This document shows positions 23,158 through 30,230 of a DNA stretch of 32,000 nucleotides, one piece after another (the first letter of the stretch is position 1; each line of letters begins with the position of its first letter). The notes below the pieces were generated by a model, which saw only the letters and a program-made list of their open reading frames with translations, did not search any database and was not told the origin of the DNA. Made by a program: the position numbers and the translations under genes. The DNA comes from Candidatus Lokiarchaeum ossiferum (GTDB lineage Archaea; Asgardarchaeota; Lokiarchaeia; Sigyniarchaeales; Promethearchaeaceae), in the NCBI GenBank assembly GCA_025839675.1, contig CP104013.1:3990001-4022000 (forward strand). Reading direction: 5' to 3'.

Positions 23158-25290
23158 TTATTTTAATTCAATGATCTTTTGTTTTATGCCTCTAATCCAC
23201 TCCAAAGTAATTTCTCCAATATCGGAAAGATCTGAAATCGCTTCATTCAAATGTTTAATAATTTGATCCCTTTCTGAGAAAAATGGCACGAAATCTTCTG
23301 GCATTAAGAAGCATAACACTGCAAATGTTTTTTCTTTCATTCGAGCATCTTGGATTTTTTGATCATGAATTTTAAAAGAATAAGTCAAAGCAACATATCC
23401 TGAATAATCAGGAATCGGTAAAGGTCCAAATAAACCGTAATTTGGAGAATTTCCTTGTCCTATTGCGATTGTGTAGAGTAAAGCTAGTTTTTGTAATAGA
23501 ACTGCGTTTAGCGTCTCATTCGATTGATCCATTGGTAGCAAATGTTCAACGGATTCTGATATTACTGGGATTGGGCCTAAATCAGACATTTCAAATAGCA
23601 TTCCTTTGATTGTTTCAAGGGCATAATCAGGGAATTCGGTAATATTAGCAATTTGATTTTGGCTAATATGTGAGATAATAACATCCAATTTTGCAATCGC
23701 AATTCGTTCTCCCATAGAAATTTTTCCCTTTTCTTCATTGAGTAACTTTTTTTCGTGTTGGGATAAATTTGCAAGTTCACGGAAAAAAAAACCTGCGAAT
23801 TGCCAATATTTTTTTGTTTTCGCAATTTCTAACCCTGTTTCAAGGAAATTGCGTGATTGGGGTAATTTATCTTGGATAAAAGCCAATTTAGCCCTAATTT
23901 GTTTTATAAAAAGCAATAAAATTGTTGATTTTTCTTCCCATGCCAGCTCTTCAAGTTCCGATGCGAGATTGTGTGCTTTTTTAAAGATTTTAGGATTATT
24001 GAATAATTTTAATTCGGTAAGATATCCTTCCATTAAAAAAGATAGAGTGTAGCGCTTTAAATCTTGGGAAATAATTTCTTGAGTGCGAATTTCTTCCAAT
24101 ATTTCCAAAGATTCTGCATAATCCTTGATATTTTCATTACTGCGTAAAATGAGTGCGTTTGATACCAGATAATATTGGGATATTAAAATGGAACTATTCT
24201 TATTTTCAAGATAAATTCGTTGAATTTCATCAAAATACGCAATAGCTTCTCCACAATAACCATTTTCACAAGCTAAAAATATCAATTGGAATAATGTTTC
24301 CACAGTTACTTGATTATCCTCTACTTGTTTATCTATTTCGAGGGATTGTTGAAAATAAGAAAAAGCTCTTGAGAAATCGCCCTTAGATTGATAAATTAGG
24401 CCTAAATTGAAGAGTAAGATTGCTTTGTGGTTTTCCAAAGCTTTTATGATGTTGATTGTCCCATAAGACCAAGGTTCCAAAACCCATTCAAACCCCTGTA
24501 ATTCATGAACAAGTTTTCTCTTTTCTTCATCATATTCCTGTTGGATTTTCAGACTTCTTTGATAATAAGTTAATGCAGTGTCAATTTCGCCCCATATTCG
24601 ATAAACTTCCCCAACATTGTTTAGCACAGGAATCAATAAAGCATGTTGTTCTAACTCTTCTCTGATTCCAACACTTTTGCGGAAGTGAATCATAGCATCA
24701 TCAAATTGACCCAAATTTAAATCTAATGAGCCTAAATGATTCAAGACTAATGAAGTTCCAATATTGTTCTGTAATTTTTCAAAAATCAGTAAGGATTCAT
24801 GATATTTGCTTTGAGCAATATCATTATTGCCAGATATGCTATACAAAATTCCACTATTTATAAGAATTAGAGCTTTTAATTGGAGATCTGTAGATTTTTC
24901 ATACCCTTGATTAAATAATTCATGAGCTTCATCAAAATTACCTAAAAATGCCTCTAAACAACCCCAGCACAATTTAATTTTAGCGAGATATTTTCTCCGT
25001 AAATCGGGGTCATTTTTAACAGTAAGTACTTCTTCAATCTTTATTAATATCTTCCTGACTTCTTTAGTTCTTTCATAACTCCAAAAAATTGTGGCAATAT
25101 CACAAAACGTATTGATATATTTCTCAGAGTTTTCTGTGAAATGGACAAAATGATTTATGTAAACCATTTCTTCCATAATTTGAGTTTCATTTTTTGTGAT
25201 AATATACTCTTCTAAATGGGATTTCAGATTATTGAGTCGTTTTTCTGAAATTTCTCTTTGATTTTTACCAGAAGAATGATTTAGGCTCAT
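23158..25290 (-). CDS. TPR-repeat protein (710 aa) with a non-TPR C-terminal alpha/beta domain
   Basis: Aa about 100-500 contain many 34/42-aa TPR-like units (e.g. LINSGILYSISGNNDIAQSKYHESLLIFEKL, LNHLGSLDLNLGQFDDAMIHFRKSVGIREEL, LNNVGEVYRIWGEIDTALTYYQRSLKIQQE, LFNLGLIYQSKGDFSRAFSYFQQSLEIDKQ). Aa 555-710 (nt 23158-23628) switch to a beta/alpha pattern (IKGMLFEMSDLGPIPVISES ... GLFGPLPIPDYSGYVALTYSFKIHD ... TFAVLCFLMPE ...). Confidence 0.8.
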   Translation of the reverse strand: MSLNHSSGKNQREISEKRLNNLKSHLEEYIITKNETQIMEEMVYINHFVHFTENSEKYINTFCDIATIFWSYERTKEVRKILIKIEEVLTVKNDPDLRRKYLAKIKLCWGCLEAFLGNFDEAHELFNQGYEKSTDLQLKALILINSGILYSISGNNDIAQSKYHESLLIFEKLQNNIGTSLVLNHLGSLDLNLGQFDDAMIHFRKSVGIREELEQHALLIPVLNNVGEVYRIWGEIDTALTYYQRSLKIQQEYDEEKRKLVHELQGFEWVLEPWSYGTINIIKALENHKAILLFNLGLIYQSKGDFSRAFSYFQQSLEIDKQVEDNQVTVETLFQLIFLACENGYCGEAIAYFDEIQRIYLENKNSSILISQYYLVSNALILRSNENIKDYAESLEILEEIRTQEIISQDLKRYTLSFLMEGYLTELKLFNNPKIFKKAHNLASELEELAWEEKSTILLLFIKQIRAKLAFIQDKLPQSRNFLETGLEIAKTKKYWQFAGFFFRELANLSQHEKKLLNEEKGKISMGERIAIAKLDVIISHISQNQIANITEFPDYALETIKGMLFEMSDLGPIPVISESVEHLLPMDQSNETLNAVLLQKLALLYTIAIGQGNSPNYGLFGPLPIPDYSGYVALTYSFKIHDQKIQDARMKEKTFAVLCFLMPEDFVPFFSERDQIIKHLNEAISDLSDIGEITLEWIRGIKQKIIELK

Positions 25291-25415
25291 ATTTTCATCC
25301 CATTTTAAATTCTAATTTGTAATTCTAAGGAATAATCTTATATTCAAAAAATATTTTCACTCCTAAATAGTTTCCCATTGTCTACATATCTCCCAATATA
25401 TTTCCTTTAAATTCA

Positions 25416-26213
25416 GTGATATCTGAAAAAATAATTGTGGTCTTGTTTAACGAACAACTGTTTTATTTAATTCTTAAATATGTGGTTTTAGGTATTGGAT
25501 TACTCGTTTTTATTATATTATTTTTTGTTAAAGCAGGTTATGGAAGATATATATCAAAAAAATGGGGTCCCATGGTCAATGAAAAGTTGGGATGGGTGCT
25601 AATGGAGTTTATTTCTCCAGTGCTGGTTTTTGTTTTCTTTATTATCAGCGATCGAAAACAAGAAATTACCATGATTATTATTTTATTGATCTGGGAACTT
25701 CATTATGTTCAACGAGCCTTTGTGTATCCTTTTCTTATGCGGGGTAAAAAAAAGATGCCTTTGTCCATTATACTTATGGGGTTCATATTTAACGGTTTCA
25801 ATGGCTATTTACAAGGACGATACTTGTACAAACTTTCAGATTTAGATAAATATTCTCCCCAATGGCTTCTTTCACCTGCATTTATTATCGGGACGATTCT
25901 ATTTATTGTCGGATATGTCATTAATCTACGTTCTGATTTCATTTTACGTCATTTACGAGAACCAGGCGAAGATAATGGCTATAAAATCCCTTATGGTGGT
26001 TTATTCAAACAAATTTCTTGTCCAAATTATTTTGGGGAGATTCTTGAGTGGATCGGGTGGACAATTCTTACATGGTCTTTAACAGGTTTAGTCTTTGCAG
26101 CATGGACTGCTGCTAATTTAATCCCTCGTGCATATTCGCATCACAAATGGTATTCCGAAACATTTCCCGACTATCCCAAGGAACGAAAAGCTATAATCCC
26201 TTACATTTTTTGA
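25416..26213 (+). CDS. 3-oxo-5-alpha-steroid 4-dehydrogenase (SRD5A/DET2) family membrane reductase
   Basis: The C-terminal third, GYKIPYGGLFKQISCPNYFGEILEWIGWTILTWSLTGLVFAAWTAANLIPRAYSHHKWYSETFPDYPKERKAIIPYIF, matches the SRD5A1/DET2 signature region almost position by position as I recall it (YKIPRGG.F..VS.PNYFGE..EW.GW....WS..G..F.......L.PRA...H.WY...F..YPK.RKA.IPF). The protein is about 265 aa with 6-7 TM segments, as in the family. The GTG start at 25416 is uncertain. Confidence 0.85.
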   Translation: MISEKIIVVLFNEQLFYLILKYVVLGIGLLVFIILFFVKAGYGRYISKKWGPMVNEKLGWVLMEFISPVLVFVFFIISDRKQEITMIIILLIWELHYVQRAFVYPFLMRGKKKMPLSIILMGFIFNGFNGYLQGRYLYKLSDLDKYSPQWLLSPAFIIGTILFIVGYVINLRSDFILRHLREPGEDNGYKIPYGGLFKQISCPNYFGEILEWIGWTILTWSLTGLVFAAWTAANLIPRAYSHHKWYSETFPDYPKERKAIIPYIF

Positions 26214-26238
26214 GAAGCCTTCCTTTTTTATCTTTAGC

Positions 26239-27600
26239 ATGGTTTCTTTTTCTGAAAATCGAAAAATCCCCTACCGAGTTATTTTATGTAAATACAACGA
26301 AATCTCCTTAAAATCTTCTCAATATCAGAAAAAAATATTTCAAATTCTCATTGATTCGGTAAAGAAAATTTGTATTCGGGAAAATCTTCATCTTCAATCG
26401 GCACTGAATTTAAAGGGCAGATTACTGTTTTTTTTTAATTCTGAAGAGATTCCCGCTGCACTTTTCGTTTTTCGGCACATTATTGGATTTCAATCGATTG
26501 CTCCTGCTATTAGTGTGAGTCGAAAATATGAGACTTTGAAACATGCGTTCATAGATTTTGCATTACAAGTGCTTCAAACGGGCGAATCCTTTGCAATCAA
26601 GTTTAAATCGATTGTTCCTTATCCCATTAAAGCCGCAAAGGTCAAGAATGATTTCTATAATTTAATCCGGCAAGAAGCCAGAGTACAAAATAAAAAGGTT
26701 TCTGTTAAAAACAAAGGGGCCACCCGGGAATTTACAATTGAAATTCGTGAAAAGGGAACATACCTATACGTAGAAGACATTCCTACTCTGTGGGGAGGAT
26801 TACCTATTGAAACATCAAACTCTTTACTTTATCCGTGGGATGATACTGTGGAAGAACAAATTCCGGCAAAATTACTTCTCCGTCGAGGTGCGATAATTGC
26901 CCCTGTGATATTTGACAATACCCGCTCTTCTCAAACTGTTACCCAAACCGAGTATTCACTTTCTTCGCATTCATCTTTATATGATTTAGCTAAGTATTAT
27001 TCTGAAGAACTTCCAGTCATTATTCTTCCTGTTAAAAATCTTATTGAGACTCTCGATTCTATGATTCCTGCTGACCATTCTCCTTATCCCTATTATTATG
27101 GATGCTTTCTAAAATTATTGGAAAAAATTGTACTCCAATCCAGAGATCGGGCTACTGCATTTTATGGTGATCGAAATCTCCATTTTCGTGGCTTTATCTC
27201 TAGTTTACATACTCAAATGCCTTCCTATCTGGCAATGGGGCAAAATCTAGCTATTCTTCAATTTGTCCCCGAAGCAGGGTTTTCTTTTGACGATATTCAG
27301 TTTATCATTAATGAATTTCGTAACCAAAACAATCAATTTTCATTTAACAAAGAAGTTCAACTTCTTCAAGAAAAATCACTGTTAAACGCTCAGAAATCTG
27401 CGATCGTATCTAATTCTCAAGTTCCCTCTTTTCTTCTCCAACTAACCCATGGTGCAATACTCGATGGGCATTTTCCCACACCAGAAGAATTGGCAAAAGT
27501 GACATCCAATCCTCGAATTCGAAAACTAATTTCTTCAATTGTGCACAATAAAGAGATTCAAATGATTTCAGGAAAAATATTAGTAAAAAATAAGCAATGA
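26239..27600 (+). CDS. ThiI-like protein (N-terminal ferredoxin-like plus THUMP domains) with a degenerate PP-loop
   Basis: By eye it aligns with E. coli ThiI: [24 protein letters not shown] vs [34 protein letters not shown] vs GKTFCVRVKR, and [13 protein letters not shown]....[16 protein letters not shown] vs [41 protein letters not shown]. The SGGxDS ATP pyrophosphatase loop is replaced by YPWDDT (26830-26847). Confidence 0.6.
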   Translation: [453 protein letters not shown]

Positions 27601-27610
27601 AGACTGAAGA

Positions 27611-28093
27611 TTAATTCTCTATAAATTTTTCTAAGTTTCCAATTTTATTATTAAGCTCACTGATTCTTGCGGTTAAGGATTTCTTCTCAGATGGGGATAA
27701 TTTCGCTTGTTGTAGTTGTTTCTGAACACTTTTAAGATCTTCATAGAGAACATCCAATTTGTCTAGCACTAATTTATTCCCAATCCGAAAACGACTATCA
27801 TGAATCGTTGAGATTCCATTCACTAAGTTTTCTTTCTCTATCGCTGAAGAATATTTTTTCTTGAAATCTGCAAACTCTAGAGTGATCTGTTCTTTTTGGG
27901 CTTCTAATTGTTGAAGTTGTTTTTTTAACTGGGAATTTTCTAAATTTAGCGATTCTATTTTCCTTTCTAACTCGTCAGTATCTACTATTGATTTTATTTT
28001 AGCATTACTGGTCTTTTTTGGAGTAGATTTCTTGCTTTTTGTCGATTTTTTCCCGTTTTTTGTTATAGATTTCTTACTTGTTTTCTTCGCCAA
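27611..28093 (-). CDS. Coiled-coil protein with a Lys/Ser/Thr-rich basic N-terminal tail
   Basis: The N-terminal 35 aa read MAKKTSKKSITKNGKKSTKSKKSTPKKTSNAKIKS and include a TPKK motif. Heptad-rich segments follow (LERKIESLNLENSQLKKQLQQLEAQKEQITLEF; LYEDLKSVQKQLQQAKL...ISELNNKIGNLEKFIEN). The gene is convergent with the ThiI-like gene, with only 10 bp between the stops. Confidence 0.6.
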   Translation of the reverse strand: MAKKTSKKSITKNGKKSTKSKKSTPKKTSNAKIKSIVDTDELERKIESLNLENSQLKKQLQQLEAQKEQITLEFADFKKKYSSAIEKENLVNGISTIHDSRFRIGNKLVLDKLDVLYEDLKSVQKQLQQAKLSPSEKKSLTARISELNNKIGNLEKFIEN

Positions 28094-28230
28094 ATTTCTT
28101 CACCAATTTCCAAATTCCACGCTTGAGAATAATTTGATCTGGGATATTATAATAGTTAATTTTAAGAAAAAATTTGTCTGATTTATTGGAAAAAGTTTGA
28201 AAAGTTTTTCACAGTTTTGTTGGAAAGTGA

Positions 28231-28863
28231 TTATGCATGTGCTAGTTGATCTAGATTTAGATTAGGAATAGGTTTTACAAAGGTATAGATCCACCCTTGA
28301 ATCAGAAAGGGTAGATGAAAAAGCAAATCTATGATATCATTATAAATCGAAGAAAGAACTCCATATATCTGGAAATAAACAATTTGGGTAAAAACCATCC
28401 AAAAAACAATCCAAAGAATGATGCATATCCGTATCCAGGAATAAACTAAGTAATTTTTTTGAAGTTTTATCAAACCTAAAATCGAGATAGATAAACCCAA
28501 GAAAAGAAAACCTAAAGAACTCGCTATTATTATTTCTGTTCCCAAGGATGTGGGATTTTCACCCGTGAAGCGCGTAAATTCGTCATAAATTCCCATTATG
28601 AATGAGAATGAAATAAATGTCGATCCCCACGCCACAAGTTTATTTGTCCCTTTCACTTCTGAAATCAAGATCAAAAAGATACCAAAATAAATTAAAACTT
28701 GACCTATGGAAACCGGTGTGACTTGATAAATTAAGGATTTATATCGATAATATCCGTCTGAAGGAATTTTTCCCAAATACAAAAATAATGTCCCAAAGAT
28801 ATTCCGTAGGATAATTCCGATTGTTGCCAATATTGATCCGCTAATTGTTAAGTACTTAACCAT
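28231..28863 (-). CDS. Polytopic integral membrane protein, unknown function
   Basis: This is a 210-aa ORF with about 6 hydrophobic segments. I recognise no motif. Confidence 0.6.
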   Translation of the reverse strand: MVKYLTISGSILATIGIILRNIFGTLFLYLGKIPSDGYYRYKSLIYQVTPVSIGQVLIYFGIFLILISEVKGTNKLVAWGSTFISFSFIMGIYDEFTRFTGENPTSLGTEIIIASSLGFLFLGLSISILGLIKLQKNYLVYSWIRICIILWIVFWMVFTQIVYFQIYGVLSSIYNDIIDLLFHLPFLIQGWIYTFVKPIPNLNLDQLAHA

Positions 28864-29089
28864 TTTACTCTTACTTACAATTCCTAATTTTCTTATTTAA
28901 ACCCAAATATCCCTAAAGCAACATTATTGTTATAAGAAAAAAAAAATACCTGCTTTTGGTTTCAACCTATATTAATGAATCGTGTATTTAAAGTTTTCTT
29001 TCTCGAATAATTGAGGAAATTGCTGTGCTGGAGCAAATATTAAATATTGACGAAGATATAATTCGAATATAAATCTATGGTGATAATAA

Positions 29090-30055
29090 ATGACCTTTAA
29101 GCTCACAAAATTTTCTGAAATTAACTTAGTATCCCTCTCATCCTTTATTTGGGAAAACTGCCTTGCTTTTAATAGAACTGAATTTACTTCATCTGAATTG
29201 ATCTTAAGTAAACTATTAGACCATCAATCTTCTCATGATGCTTCTTTACTCTTTTCATGGAAAGAAAATAATGAATTTCTAGGGGTTCTTTATTTATATC
29301 TTGAAAATTCACAATATAATATTATGAATCCTGGATTTTTTGGCCAATACCCTATAATACGAAAAGATCTTGATTATTCCCTTTCTTTATCAAATATTAT
29401 AATAAACTTAATTCAAGTATTGCAAGAGATGCATCCTGAAATTACTTCCTTAAAGTTTGAATTATCCCCTGAACATAAAAAAATGCCAGAAACAAGTTCC
29501 ATAGATGAAATAATGAACGATGCTGGATTTAATTGCGTCTACTCTAAATTGTCATTGGATTTAACCAACTATACTAGCAATACTATCAATTCAATTTCCG
29601 GATTAAAATTTGAAAATTATTCTCCAAATCTTCAGAAGGAATTCTTCCATTGTTATTATGAGTCTTTTATGGATGCGGATCTCGCTTTTTTCAAAAATAT
29701 GTCGGACGAAGAACGAAATGAGATGTATTTAGAGCTTCTTACACCAGAATATATGAATTATGCTGCTTCCTTCATTGTACGTAAAGAAAAACTAATTGTT
29801 GGTGGGGCGATTATTTGGAACTATAGTGAATCATCTGAGAAAAATGCACACCTCAACCTGATGTGCGTCCATCCTCACCATCAACATCAAGGAATTGGAC
29901 AAGTTCTTTTAGATCATGCCATTCAACATATTAAGCATCAAAAAATTCCTTCTCTCTCCCTTTATACTGAAAATGATCGTTCTCCATACAAATTTTATAC
30001 ACAATTTGGGTTTCTTCCTGCTAATGGATGGAAAACCTTTATATTGAATATTTAG
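29090..30055 (+). CDS. GNAT-family N-acetyltransferase (probable tandem GNAT fold)
   Basis: The C-terminal half has the acetyl-CoA binding motif A, LNLMCVHPHHQHQGIGQVLLDHAI, and the terminal YKFYTQFGF. The N-terminal half (LLFSWKENNEFLGVLYLYLE...) looks like a second, degenerate GNAT lobe. GGTGAT lies 6 nt upstream of the ATG as a ribosome-binding site. Confidence 0.72.
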   Translation: MTFKLTKFSEINLVSLSSFIWENCLAFNRTEFTSSELILSKLLDHQSSHDASLLFSWKENNEFLGVLYLYLENSQYNIMNPGFFGQYPIIRKDLDYSLSLSNIIINLIQVLQEMHPEITSLKFELSPEHKKMPETSSIDEIMNDAGFNCVYSKLSLDLTNYTSNTINSISGLKFENYSPNLQKEFFHCYYESFMDADLAFFKNMSDEERNEMYLELLTPEYMNYAASFIVRKEKLIVGGAIIWNYSESSEKNAHLNLMCVHPHHQHQGIGQVLLDHAIQHIKHQKIPSLSLYTENDRSPYKFYTQFGFLPANGWKTFILNI

Positions 30056-30230
30056 GATTCAATTTCTATCGATATTGACTTGCAATGTTTTTTTGTTTTA
30101 GTTTTTTTCATCTTTTTTTCTGTGCCGTCCAAAGTCCAATTTTCTCATATTATCACAAAAAACCCATATATTTTCATTTGAGGAATAATTACTAAAAAAC
30201 TGTACACATTACAGCCTAGGTGCAGATTAC

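Noticed and set aside
16511-24665. Antisense or alternative-frame ORFs 16511..16714(-), 17788..17991(+), 18578..18835(+), 19315..19659(+), 19355..19789(+), 21444..21629(+), 22003..22245(+), 22028..22255(+), 23577..23825(-), 23738..24052(+) and 24456..24665(+)
   Set aside because: All are nested within longer CDSs that have motif support (repeat glycoprotein, ABC exporters, membrane proteins, TPR protein). None has features of its own.
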